A program made the translations under genes and the position numbers. A stretch of 64,000 bases of DNA from Gemmatimonadota bacterium (GTDB lineage Bacteria > Gemmatimonadota > Gemmatimonadetes > Palauibacterales > Palauibacteraceae). Below the pieces are notes generated by a model, which was given only the letters and a program-made list of their open reading frames with translations, was not told where the DNA came from and did not search any database. The stretch lies in assembly GCA_965116475.1 (NCBI GenBank), contig OZ220691.1, positions 736,001 through 800,000 on the forward strand, read 5' to 3'. Below, one piece after another: positions 48,711 through 57,851 of the stretch (within the stretch, counting starts at the first letter, position 1; each line of letters starts with the position of its first letter).

Positions 48711-51700
48711 CCTTCTCTGGCGCGTTCGCCGACGCCGCCGATGCCGATGCGGACCTCGACGTCGTCGATCTTCACCACAGCTGTCGTCAGGCCGTCCCGC
48801 GGGGCCGACCCGGTCCGCACTTCCACGGCCAGCGTCTCGCCGGCGATGTAGTCCGCATGCGCCGACACGGCCCGCTCCAGCTCCCGCGGACCCGCCACGC
48901 CGAGGCGGATGCGGTCGGCGACCTCGAGCCCCGCATCGCGACGCAACCGCTGGACGCGGTTCACGATCTCCCGCGCGTAGCCTTCGGCGCGCAACGCATC
49001 ATCGAGCTCGGTGTCCACGGCCGCGAGGTAGCCGCTTCCCGTTGCGACGGCGAGGTCGGTGAGCGTCTCCTCCTGGATCACCAGGTCTTCGGGCGTCACC
49101 TGAACCCGTTCGCCCCCGATCTCGATGTCGAGCCGTTCCCCGTCCCTGAGCTTCCTCAGGGCCGCCGCGTCCAGGTTCGCGATCCCGGCCGCGACCGCCG
49201 GCGTACGCGCGCCGTGTTTCGGACCCAGCGCCCCGAAGCGCGGCTTTGCGTATAGCCGGGTAAGATCTTCGCTGTCGCCCAGCGACACAACCTTCTTCAC
49301 GTTGAGTTCTTCCATCGCCAGTGCCGCCATGGGGCCCGCGAGCGCCCGTCCCTCGGGCAGGACCGCGTGCAGGGCGCGCAGCGGCTGCCGAATCCGGACC
49401 CCCGCCTTTTCCCGCGCGGCGCGGCCCAGCGCCACCAGGCGCCGCACGTCTTCCATCGCCTGCTCGAGTTCGGGCGCCGAATGCCCCGCCGGCTCCGGAA
49501 AATCCGCCAGGTGGACGGACGTTTCGTCCGTGAGCGCCCGGTACAGCCAGTCGGACATGAACGGGGCGTACGGGGCGAGCAGCCGCGAGGTCGTGACGAG
49601 ACATTCGTGCAGCGTCGAGAAAGCGTCGGCGCTCGCGGCCGCGGCCCCCGGTTGCGTCGCCCAGAAGCGGTCGCGGCTGCGGCGCACGTACCAGTTCGAC
49701 ACATCGTCGAGCACGAACTCCTGGATGGCGCGCGCGCCGGCCGTGAGGTCGAACGAGTCCAGCGCTTCGCCCACGAGCCGCACGACCCGGTCGAGGCGCG
49801 CGAGCACCCAGCGGTCGAGGTCGCTCCGGTCGGACACGGGGGCCGCCGCGGAGGCGGTGTGAGACCACTCCTCTTCGTTCGCGTAGAGGGCGAAGAAGCG
49901 ATACGTGTGACGGAGGGTAGCGAACAGCTTGCGGTCGGTTTCGCGCAGCGCCGAGGGGTCCCACCGCTTCGGCACCCACGGGTTGGACCCCGAGAGGAAG
50001 TAGAAGCGCGTGACGTCCGCCCCGTAGGTGTCGAGCGCGTCGCGCGGGTCCACCGCGTTGCCCCGCGACTTCGACATCTTCCGCCCCTTCGCGTCGAGCA
50101 CCTGGTCGTTGACGACGACGGCCCGGAAGGGTGCGCGGTCGAAGAGGATCGTGGAGAGCGCGAGGAGCGAGTAGAACCAGCCGCGCGTCTGGTCGACGCC
50201 CTCGGCGATGTAGTCGGCCGGGAAGTAGCGCTCGAAGGTGTCCCGGTTCTCGAACGGATAGTGCCACTGGGCGTAGGGCATGGAGCCGGAGTCGAACCAG
50301 GCATCGGCGACTTCCGGCACGCGCCGCATCGTGCCGCCGCACCCGTCCACGAGACAGCACCACTCGTACGCGTCGATCCCCGGCCGGTGGGGATCGAAAT
50401 CCTCGGGGAGGCCGCCGACGCGGCGCCCCAGTTCGGCGAAGGACCCGAGTACCTCCCGGTGTCCGCCGTCCTCGGAGCAGAGCCAGATGGGGAGGGGGGT
50501 TCCCCAGTACCGCTCGCGCGACAGCGCCCAGTCGATGTTGTTCTGCAGCCACTCGCCCATGCGGCCGGATCCCGTCTCGGGCGGATGCCAGTCGATGGAC
50601 GCGTTGTGCTCGAGCAGACGGGACTTCACGGCCGTCGTCCGGATGTACCAGGAATCGCGCGCCATGTAGAGGAGCGCGCTGTCGCAGCGCCAGCAGTGCG
50701 GATAGCTGTGTTCGTACATCTCGCGCAGGTACAGTTGGTCGTGCGCGACGGCCCAGTCGCGGAGCGCGCGTTCGGTCTCCCGATCCTTCACGTGCATCCC
50801 GGCGATCCCGCCCGGCACGGCGTCGAGGAAGCGCCCGTCCTCGCCGACCGTGTGCTGCATCGGCAGTCCCTCGGCCTCGCCCAGCCGGAAGTCGTCCTCC
50901 CCGTACATCACCGCGGTGTGGACGACGCCGGTCCCCTCGTCGACCGTGACGAAGTCCGCCTCGAGCACCGTCCACGCGGTCTCGGAACCGGCGCCGTCCA
51001 CGGCGCCCGGGAAGAGGGGACGGTAGCTCCGTCCCGCGAGTTCGTCCGCGCGCATCGTGCCGACGATCTCATAGGGGTGCCGCAGCACCTCGGAGACGCG
51101 GTCGAGCGCCAGGATGAGCACCTCTCCGGGCGCAGCGCCGCCCGGTCCGTCGTGCGTCCGCGCGGGGGCCCTGGCGCCGTCGGTGGCGCCGTCGGTGGCG
51201 CCGTCCGCGGCTTCGGGGAGGACGCGGACCCGGGCATAGGGGATGTCGGGCCCCACGGCGAGGCCGAGGTTCCCGGGCAGCGTCCACGGGGTCGTGGTCC
51301 AGCTCAGGATCCGCGCGTCGTCCGGGTCGTCGACGAGGTGGAACTTGATGTAGACGGCGGGCTCGGTGACGTCCCGGTAGCCCTGCGCCACCTCGTGGCT
51401 CGAGAGGCCCGTGCCGCAGCGCGGACACGTCGGGATGACGCGGTACCCCCGGTACAGCAGGCCCCGCTTCTCGATCTCCGAGAGCGCCCACCAGCCCGAC
51501 TCGATGAACTCCGGCGAGTACGTGACGTAGGGTGCGCCGTAGTCCAGCCAGTAGCCGATGTCCCGGGACAGCCGCTCCCAGGCGTCCTGGTAGCGGAACA
51601 CGTTGTTCCGGCACCTGTCGTTGAATTCCCGGATCCCGTAACGCTCGATGTCCGGCTTGCCCGAGATGCCGAGCGACCGCTCGACCTCGAGTTCCACCGG

Positions 51701-51967
51701 CAGTCCGTGGGTATCCCAGCCGGCCTTCCGCGGCACGTGGTACCCGGACATGGTGCGGTACCGCGCCACCGCGTCCTTGATCGTGCGGGCCAGGATGTGA
51801 TGGACGCCGGGCGCGGCGTTCGCGGTCGGCGGCCCCTCGTAGAACACGAAGTCCGGCGCATCCGCCCGGGCCGCGAGGCTCCGCTCGAAGGTCTTCTCTT
51901 CTTCCCAGCGTCCGAGGATTTCGGTTTCGAGCCCGCGTACGGACTCCGGCATTGGCCGATAGGCCAT
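48707..51967 (-). CDS. ileS: Isoleucine--tRNA ligase, type 2
   Basis: EGPPTAN, GWDTHGLPVE, WTTTPWTL, DWALSRERYWG, EGVDQTRGWF, KMSKS, SNWYVRRSR; type-2 C-terminus without Zn finger. Confidence 0.96.
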   Translation of the reverse strand: MAYRPMPESVRGLETEILGRWEEEKTFERSLAARADAPDFVFYEGPPTANAAPGVHHILARTIKDAVARYRTMSGYHVPRKAGWDTHGLPVELEVERSLGISGKPDIERYGIREFNDRCRNNVFRYQDAWERLSRDIGYWLDYGAPYVTYSPEFIESGWWALSEIEKRGLLYRGYRVIPTCPRCGTGLSSHEVAQGYRDVTEPAVYIKFHLVDDPDDARILSWTTTPWTLPGNLGLAVGPDIPYARVRVLPEAADGATDGATDGARAPARTHDGPGGAAPGEVLILALDRVSEVLRHPYEIVGTMRADELAGRSYRPLFPGAVDGAGSETAWTVLEADFVTVDEGTGVVHTAVMYGEDDFRLGEAEGLPMQHTVGEDGRFLDAVPGGIAGMHVKDRETERALRDWAVAHDQLYLREMYEHSYPHCWRCDSALLYMARDSWYIRTTAVKSRLLEHNASIDWHPPETGSGRMGEWLQNNIDWALSRERYWGTPLPIWLCSEDGGHREVLGSFAELGRRVGGLPEDFDPHRPGIDAYEWCCLVDGCGGTMRRVPEVADAWFDSGSMPYAQWHYPFENRDTFERYFPADYIAEGVDQTRGWFYSLLALSTILFDRAPFRAVVVNDQVLDAKGRKMSKSRGNAVDPRDALDTYGADVTRFYFLSGSNPWVPKRWDPSALRETDRKLFATLRHTYRFFALYANEEEWSHTASAAAPVSDRSDLDRWVLARLDRVVRLVGEALDSFDLTAGARAIQEFVLDDVSNWYVRRSRDRFWATQPGAAAASADAFSTLHECLVTTSRLLAPYAPFMSDWLYRALTDETSVHLADFPEPAGHSAPELEQAMEDVRRLVALGRAAREKAGVRIRQPLRALHAVLPEGRALAGPMAALAMEELNVKKVVSLGDSEDLTRLYAKPRFGALGPKHGARTPAVAAGIANLDAAALRKLRDGERLDIEIGGERVQVTPEDLVIQEETLTDLAVATGSGYLAAVDTELDDALRAEGYAREIVNRVQRLRRDAGLEVADRIRLGVAGPRELERAVSAHADYIAGETLAVEVRTGSAPRDGLTTAVVKIDDVEVRIGIGGVGERAREG

Positions 51968-52044
51968 GAGGTACTCCGTCTGGCGATTCCTGGATGGCCG
52001 ACGCAGTCGTCGGAACGGCGGGCGTGCGCAGCCGGGCGCTGCGG

Positions 52045-52752
52045 TCAGGTCGACGCGGCGCCCGAACCGCCGACGTCGACCCGGCTAATCGATGGAGGCG
52101 GAAGCTCGGCACCGGATCTCGGCGCCGTGGCCTCGACAGCGGCAACGTCGTCGGTCCCGGCGGCGGCCCCGGCGGCGGCCCCGGCGGCGGCCCCATCGCC
52201 GGCCCCGTCCCGGGCCGGCGCGACCGGATCCGAGCCGCCGCTCATCCCTCGGAGCCGTTCGATGAAGGTGTGGAGATCGCTCGATCCATCCCCGAACCGT
52301 TCATCCTCGAAGTCGAGGTACTCCTCGAAACGCTCGAACAGCTTCCGGAGGGAGGCGAGGAAGCGGCCCCGCGTCGCCTTCAGGTCTTCGACCTTGTCGT
52401 GGCAGAGGCGGACGGCCCGCTCGGCGTCGGCGAGCACGGCGTCGGCGCGCATCTCGGCCTCGCGGACCCGCACGGCCGCATCGCGCTCGGACTGCTGGCG
52501 GGCCTCCTCGCGCAACTCCTGTGCGGCCAGCAGCGCTTCGTTGAGGGCCCGCTCGCGGGCTCTGTAGCTCTCCAACTGGTGTTTCTGCTGCTCGATCCGG
52601 TCGCTGAGGACGACGTGCTCGCGGACGTGGCGCTCGAGGCAATCCGCCACGACCGCCAGGAACGCATCGACCTGCTGGGCGTCGTACCCGCGCACGGAAC
52701 GCCTGAAATCGTCTTTCTTCTTGCGGACGTCGAGCGGCGTCAGATCGATCAT
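52045..52752 (-). CDS. DivIVA domain protein
   Basis: LTPLDVRKK..FRRSVRGYDAQQVDAFL followed by coiled coil. Confidence 0.88.
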   Translation of the reverse strand: MIDLTPLDVRKKKDDFRRSVRGYDAQQVDAFLAVVADCLERHVREHVVLSDRIEQQKHQLESYRARERALNEALLAAQELREEARQQSERDAAVRVREAEMRADAVLADAERAVRLCHDKVEDLKATRGRFLASLRKLFERFEEYLDFEDERFGDGSSDLHTFIERLRGMSGGSDPVAPARDGAGDGAAAGAAAGAAAGTDDVAAVEATAPRSGAELPPPSISRVDVGGSGAAST

Positions 52753-53447
52753 CTCTCCCCCAGTAGCACCGTGCCGAGCCGCACCCGCGTGCTCCCCTCT
52801 TCGATCGCGATCTCGAAGTCGTTGCTCATCCCCATCGAGAGCGCCCGGCCCGCGAAGCCCGGAATCTCCGCCCGGCAGCGCTCCAGCAGCCGCGCGGCCC
52901 CGCGAAAGACGGGTCGGACGACGGCTTCGTCCGCCGTAAAGGGCGCCATCGTCATCAGTCCGGCCACGCGCAGACCGGGCAGTTCGCAGATCTCGGCCAC
53001 GGCGTCGAGCGCCACCTCCGGGCCCAGGCCGGCTTTCGCGGCCTCTCCCGACGTGTTCACCTGCACGAGCACCTCGACCGGTTCGCGCTGCTCCTCCCCG
53101 ACGATCCGGCTCAGCGTGCCCGCGAGCCGCAGGCTGTCCACGGACTCCACCACATCGAACAGCCGCACCGCGCGCCGCGCCTTGTTGCGCTGCAGGCGGC
53201 CGATCAGGTGCCACGCGACACCGGGCGTCGGCCCCAGCTCCGACCGCTTGGCCTCGGCCTCCGGCACCCGGTTCTCGCCGATCCGGCCCACGCCCAGGGC
53301 GTTCACGATCTCGATTCCCCGGGCCGGATGTCCCTTCGTCACGGGAAGGATCTCGACATCGCCCGCGCGCCGTCCGGCCCGCCTCGCCGCAGCCTCGATG
53401 CGCTCGGCCACCCTGGCCAGCCGGGCCTCGACCTGATCTTTCGTCAC
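52749..53447 (-). CDS. yggS: YggS family PLP homeostasis protein
   Basis: VTK, GENR, WHLIGRLQRNK, GLMTMAP, LSMGMSND, EGSTRVRLG. Confidence 0.93.
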   Translation of the reverse strand: MTKDQVEARLARVAERIEAAARRAGRRAGDVEILPVTKGHPARGIEIVNALGVGRIGENRVPEAEAKRSELGPTPGVAWHLIGRLQRNKARRAVRLFDVVESVDSLRLAGTLSRIVGEEQREPVEVLVQVNTSGEAAKAGLGPEVALDAVAEICELPGLRVAGLMTMAPFTADEAVVRPVFRGAARLLERCRAEIPGFAGRALSMGMSNDFEIAIEEGSTRVRLGTVLLGER

Positions 53448-53454
53448 GCGGCAC

Positions 53455-53460
53455 AGTCTA
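53455..53460 (-). promoter_or_regulatory. -10 hexamer TAGACT 7 nt before the yggS GTG (probable leaderless promoter)
   Basis: Minus strand TAGACTgtgccgcGTG; no SD; lies downstream of a terminator. Confidence 0.5.
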
Positions 53461-53522
53461 CGAACCGGCGTCCGGCGATGCGAGCCACGCGCCGGAGTCC
53501 GGCGGCGCCCGCCGGAGCGGCC

Positions 53523-53563
53523 AAAAAAGAGCGCCCGGCGTCGCTCTGGCGTCGCCGGGCGCT
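53523..53563 (-). terminator. Rho-independent terminator after tonB
   Basis: Stem AGCGCCCGGCG/CGCCGGGCGCT followed by CTTTTTT on the minus strand. Confidence 0.8.
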
Positions 53564-53610
53564 TGCCGCCGCCTCAAATCCGCGGGACGGCGGGATGGTT
53601 CCGTGGGGCC

Positions 53611-53640
53611 GTTAGATCACGCTAGATCTCGCTAGATCAC
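53611..53640. repeat. 10-bp tandem repeat x3 covering the tonB stop codon
   Basis: gttagatcac gctagatctc gctagatcac. Confidence 0.85.
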
Positions 53641-54291
53641 CTGGAACGTCACCCACTGCGAGACCCACACCGCGGTGACCTTGTCGCGGTTCTTCGCGGG
53701 CGTGAATCTCATCTGCTGCACAACCTTCCCCGCCGCTTCGTCGAGCAGGCCGTTATCGGAGGAGGTCTTCACCTCGAAGTTCTCGACGGCCCCGCCCTCG
53801 GTCACGTAGAGCCAGAGTTCGACGCGGCCGCCGATGCCGGCATCCTTCAGCGTGCGCGGATACTCCCGCTCCAGAATCTGCTGAATCTCACCCCCGTTCA
53901 GCAGCACGGGAGGCGTGTCGTACGCGATGAAGGACGGCCGGTCCGCCGGGCTCCCGGTCTCGGGAGGCGGGGGCAGCGCGTTATCCGTCGTGAACGACTC
54001 GAACGTCGTCTCCGCGATCGTAATGTCCTCGGAGATGTCGACCGACGCGACCCGCGGCGTGGCCGGACGGGCAATCTGCTCCGGCGGCGGCGGGATCTTC
54101 ACCTCGGGCGGCAGCGCCACCGCTTCGATTTCATCGGCCACCATGCCGAGATCCGCGGCCTCGAACGGGCGCACGAGGACGAACAGCCCGAAGTGGAGCG
54201 TGACGGCCACCATGAGGCCGATCTGTGTCCAGTTGGTGCTCGCTCGCTTGAACTGATCGTTCGCGGTGAGCCGAATTCCGGTCTCTTCCAT
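53632..54291 (-). CDS. tonB: Energy transducer TonB
   Basis: N-terminal TM with His, Pro-rich linker, YP...GIGGRV...LLDEAA...FTPA C-domain. Confidence 0.9.
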   Translation of the reverse strand: MEETGIRLTANDQFKRASTNWTQIGLMVAVTLHFGLFVLVRPFEAADLGMVADEIEAVALPPEVKIPPPPEQIARPATPRVASVDISEDITIAETTFESFTTDNALPPPPETGSPADRPSFIAYDTPPVLLNGGEIQQILEREYPRTLKDAGIGGRVELWLYVTEGGAVENFEVKTSSDNGLLDEAAGKVVQQMRFTPAKNRDKVTAVWVSQWVTFQVI

Positions 54292-54320
54292 CGTTTCTCT
54301 CCCGGTCTCCAGAAACCCGT

Positions 54321-54360
54321 CGTGTGCCAGCGTGTGCCAGCGTGTGTCCGCGTGTGTCTG
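54321..54360. repeat. 10-bp tandem repeat x4 in the exbD-tonB spacer
   Basis: cgtgtgccag cgtgtgccag cgtgtgtccg cgtgtgtctg. Confidence 0.9.
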
Positions 54361-54807
54361 TTAGCGCCGCGCCCGCATCGCGCGCTGCTCGAGCCGCGTG
54401 GCGAAGGTGACGCGGACCGCGCCGGACGCCTGCAGTTCTTCCGTAATTGTATTGATCTGCTGATAGGGAACCTCGGAGTCGCCGCGAATCGCGATCACGA
54501 GTTCACGGTTCTCCGCGTAGATGGGCCGAACCGTTTCCGAGATGTCCTCGAACGGCGTCAGCACGTCGTTGATCCAGACCGAACCGTCGCGCTGGACCCA
54601 GAGATGGAGGATGTTCTGCCGCTTCTCGTCGATCTTCTCGGTGGCTTCGGCGGTCGTCCACTCGATCTGCCGGTTCCGGTCCTTCCGGAAGACGGTCGTC
54701 ACCATGAAGAAGATGAGAAGGAGGAACGCGATGTCCGCCATGGACGACGTGGGGATCGACCCGTCCGACCCGGACTTTTTCTTGAAGCCGCTGTCCTTGA
54801 TGGCCAT
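54361..54807 (-). CDS. exbD: ExbD/TolR family protein
   Basis: IPTSSMADIAFLLLIFFMVTT with the conserved TM Asp. Confidence 0.9.
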   Translation of the reverse strand: MAIKDSGFKKKSGSDGSIPTSSMADIAFLLLIFFMVTTVFRKDRNRQIEWTTAEATEKIDEKRQNILHLWVQRDGSVWINDVLTPFEDISETVRPIYAENRELVIAIRGDSEVPYQQINTITEELQASGAVRVTFATRLEQRAMRARR

Positions 54808-55230
54808 CTAGTTCTCCATCTCCTGTAGCGAGATTCGCTCGGCGCCCGCCAGCTTCACCTCGTCGAGCACGTTCACCATGTGACGGTAGGGCGCGTTGGG
54901 GTGCGTCTGAATGGCGGCGATGAGATTCTCGTTGCCCGCCAGTTCGGTGCGGAGGATGTTCGCCACCTGCGTGTGCGCCACGACCTGTTCCTGCTCGCTC
55001 TCGCCCCGGCGCACGATGACGCGGCCGTCCGGCTGCACGATGAAGAAGATCAGGTTCCTTCCCGACACATCCTGCTCCTCGGCCTGTTCCGGGAGCACGA
55101 TCGGCAGGCCCCGTTCCTCGTTGAATACCGTCGTCGTGAGGAAGAACACCAGGAGGAGGAACGCGATGTCCGCCATCGAAGAGGTCGGGATCTCGTCCGA
55201 CACCTTCTGCTTGCGCTTCATGATCGCCAT
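54808..55230 (-). CDS. exbD: ExbD/TolR family protein (second paralogue)
   Basis: IPTSSMADIAFLLLVFFLTTT; APYRHMVNVLDE. Confidence 0.9.
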   Translation of the reverse strand: MAIMKRKQKVSDEIPTSSMADIAFLLLVFFLTTTVFNEERGLPIVLPEQAEEQDVSGRNLIFFIVQPDGRVIVRRGESEQEQVVAHTQVANILRTELAGNENLIAAIQTHPNAPYRHMVNVLDEVKLAGAERISLQEMEN

Positions 55231-55287
55231 TGTGGACTTCTCCGTTTGTCGTCCCGAGGCAGGACTCGGGGCTCGTCGGCGCGCCCG

Positions 55288-55941
55288 CTAGGTGCGCCGG
55301 TCCTCGAGGTCCCAGATAAGCCCGAGCACCTCCTGCGCCCCTTCCTCCATGTCGAGGATGAGACGATCGATGCGGGTGACGAAAAAGTTGTAGCCGATGT
55401 TGACGGGGATCGCGATCGAGAGTCCGGTGGCGGTCGTGATGAGCGCCACCTTGATGCCGCCGGCGACGAGGCCCGGCTCCACCTGTCCGGCGATCTCGAT
55501 GGCCTGGAAGGCGAGAATCATCCCGATCACGGTGCCGAGGAAGCCCAGCATGGGGGCGACGTTCGCGATCGTACCCAGGACCGTCAGGCCGCGCTCGAGG
55601 AAGTCGAGCTCGATCACGCCGGTCGTTGCGATCGCCTTCTGGATGTCCTTCCCGTCGGAGCGCGTATCGCCGCGGTCGCGGAGCCGGCGCAGACCGGCGA
55701 GGAGGATCGCGGCGACGGGCCCGCGCGTTTCCTCCGCCGTCGTGATCGCTTCACCGAGGCGGCCGCTCACGCCGAGGTCCTCGATCTCGTCGAGCAGTTT
55801 CCTGGAGTCGCGGTGGGCAATCCAGAGCGTCCACGCCTTGGCCAGCATCACGCCGATCGCGATCAGCGAGCAGAGGACAAGGGGGTACATCATGAACCCG
55901 CCATCGGTGAACAGCGTCAGCAACTCGTACTGATTGCCCAT
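55288..55941 (-). CDS. exbB: MotA/TolQ/ExbB proton channel protein
   Basis: GGFMMYPL, APMLGFLGTVIGMI, GIKVALITTATGL. Confidence 0.92.
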   Translation of the reverse strand: MGNQYELLTLFTDGGFMMYPLVLCSLIAIGVMLAKAWTLWIAHRDSRKLLDEIEDLGVSGRLGEAITTAEETRGPVAAILLAGLRRLRDRGDTRSDGKDIQKAIATTGVIELDFLERGLTVLGTIANVAPMLGFLGTVIGMILAFQAIEIAGQVEPGLVAGGIKVALITTATGLSIAIPVNIGYNFFVTRIDRLILDMEEGAQEVLGLIWDLEDRRT

Positions 55942-55998
55942 ATCGCCTGCCCGTGAGGGATTTGCCGCCTGATCGTGGCCTGGTTGTAGCTCGCAAAA

Positions 55999-56027
55999 AG
56001 TTTAGGGGACGGACGGAGCCTCGTCAA
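55999..56027 (-). promoter_or_regulatory. Sigma70-type promoter TTGACG-17-TAAACT for exbB, overlapping the dacA stop
   Basis: -35 at 56027-56022, -10 at 56004-55999, spacer 17 nt. Confidence 0.65.
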
Positions 56028-56871
56028 ACCGTTTGGGCCCGTCGCGCCGATCCGCCGACTCCGCGTCGCGATCGGCGCCGGGGCGGCCCAGTTCCGGCGC
56101 CGGGACGTCGGCGGCCAGGTGGTCGCGGAGTTGCTGCGACGCGAGGTTCCGGCGCAGGACGCCGCGGCGGGCCAGGGAAATCTGGCTCGTCTCCTCGGAC
56201 ACGACCACGACGTACGCGTCGGTCTCCTCCGAGAGCCCGAGCGTGGCCCGGTGCCGGGTGCCGAGCGTCCGGTCGCTGAGGGGATACTGCGTGAGCGGCA
56301 GGTGGACGCCGGCGGCGACGATCTGCCCGTCGCGCACGATGACCGCCCCATCGTGAAGGGGCGACTTGGGCGTGAACAGCGACACGAGCAGGCTGGACGA
56401 CACATCCGCCCTGAGGCGCGTCCCCGTTTTCTCGATGTACTCCTCGAGGGACAGCTCCCGTTCGATCGCGATGATCGCCCCCGTCCGGGTGCGGGACAGT
56501 TCGGCCGCCGCTTTCGCGATTTCGTCCGCGACCGCCTCGCTGCGCTCCTGCAGCCGGGTCAGCGCGCTCAGTACGCGGCTGCGGCCGATCCGGGCGAGCG
56601 CGTTCCGCAACTCGGGGTGAAAGACGACGATGAGGGCGAAGGCACCGTAGGTGAAGGCCTGCGACAGGATCGACCGGATGAGGTCGAGGCTGAGCCACCC
56701 GGCCGCCGCGTACACCGCGACGAGGAGGACGAGGCCGAACAGCATCTGGAACGCCCGGGTGCCCGACCAGAGGATGAGCACCCGGTAGATGAGAACCGCG
56801 ACGACCGTGATCTCGAAGACGTCCAGGAGATCGATCTGAAGCAGGCCCAGGTAGTTCCAGAGGGCGCCCAT
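56002..56871 (-). CDS. dacA: Diadenylate cyclase CdaA/DacA (c-di-AMP synthase)
   Basis: Three N-terminal TMs, VFHPELR, PLHDGA (DGA) and GTRHRA (RHR) catalytic motifs. Confidence 0.93.
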   Translation of the reverse strand: MGALWNYLGLLQIDLLDVFEITVVAVLIYRVLILWSGTRAFQMLFGLVLLVAVYAAAGWLSLDLIRSILSQAFTYGAFALIVVFHPELRNALARIGRSRVLSALTRLQERSEAVADEIAKAAAELSRTRTGAIIAIERELSLEEYIEKTGTRLRADVSSSLLVSLFTPKSPLHDGAVIVRDGQIVAAGVHLPLTQYPLSDRTLGTRHRATLGLSEETDAYVVVVSEETSQISLARRGVLRRNLASQQLRDHLAADVPAPELGRPGADRDAESADRRDGPKRFDEAPSVP

Positions 56872-57845
56872 CAGCGGCGCTCCCCGGCCGCGCGCGGGCG
56901 GACCGGCGGACGGGCGTCGCGCACGCCGCCGTCGCGGCGGGCGATCGCCTGCTCGACGTCGAGCGCCTGGCGCGTTTCACGGACGTCGTGCACCCGCAGC
57001 ACATCGGCGCCGCGCCGCGCCGCGGCCAGGCACGCGGCCACGGAGGCGGTGACGCGCTCGGCCGGCCCCAGATCGAGCAGCGCCCCGAGAAAGGACTTGC
57101 GCGACGGGCCGATCCACACCGGCGCGCCGAGCGACGCGATCTCGCCGAGCCGGGCCAGCAGTTCGAGGTTTCCGTCCACGGACTTGCCGAAGCCGAGCCC
57201 CGGGTCGAGCGCGATCTGCCCCGGCTCGCAACCCGCATCGAGCGCCGTCCGCCGCGCGTCGGCGAGGGCGCCGCGGACTTCGGCCGCGACGTCGCGGTAG
57301 GCGGTATCGCGCTGCATGGTTCGAGGCGTGCCGCGCATGTGCATGAGGACGAGCCCGACGCCGGTACGGGCCGCGAGCCCCGCCAGCGCCGGCTCGGCGC
57401 GCAGGGCGGTCACGTCGTTGATCGCCGCCGCTCCCGCGTCCACCGCCCGCTCCGCCACCTCGAGTTTGTGCGTATCCACGGAGATGGGGATCGGGAGGTC
57501 GCGAAGTCCGCGGAGCACGGGTTCGAGGCGGGCCCATTCCTCGTCCGCCGGCACCGGGCCGGCGCCGGGACGCGTGGACTCGGCCCCGATGTCGAGGATC
57601 GCCGCCCCCTCTTCCGCGATCTGCCGGCCTCGCGCGATCGCCCTCGCGGGCCGCTCGAACCGGCCCCCATCCGAGAACGAGTCAGGCGTGACGTTCAGGA
57701 TGCCCGCGATCACCGGCGATTCGAGACAGATCTCCCGATCGCCTGTTCGCCAGGTGCGCGCCGCCCCCGCCGTCGAGAGCCCCGTCGAGAGCCCAGTCGA
57801 GGGCCCCGTCGAGAGCCCCGTCCGCGCAAGCCGGGGTTTCGCCAT
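56871..57845 (-). CDS. folP: Dihydropteroate synthase
   Basis: GILNVTPDSFSDGG, GAESTRPG, SVDT, DPGLGFGK, SRKSF, RVHDV. Confidence 0.95.
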   Translation of the reverse strand: MAKPRLARTGLSTGPSTGLSTGLSTAGAARTWRTGDREICLESPVIAGILNVTPDSFSDGGRFERPARAIARGRQIAEEGAAILDIGAESTRPGAGPVPADEEWARLEPVLRGLRDLPIPISVDTHKLEVAERAVDAGAAAINDVTALRAEPALAGLAARTGVGLVLMHMRGTPRTMQRDTAYRDVAAEVRGALADARRTALDAGCEPGQIALDPGLGFGKSVDGNLELLARLGEIASLGAPVWIGPSRKSFLGALLDLGPAERVTASVAACLAAARRGADVLRVHDVRETRQALDVEQAIARRDGGVRDARPPVRPRAAGERR

Positions 57846-57851
57846 GGGCGG

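Noticed and set aside
51968..52044. T-box riboswitch upstream of ileS
   Set aside because: The spacer is under 80 nt and lacks the T-box consensus.
49367..52567. 1066-aa plus-strand ORF, and similar long ORFs at 11390-14167, 24038-26407, 31929-34550, 56988-59945
   Set aside because: Antisense shadows of ileS, recG, murG/ftsW, ftsI and ftsH; expected at high GC; no family motifs.
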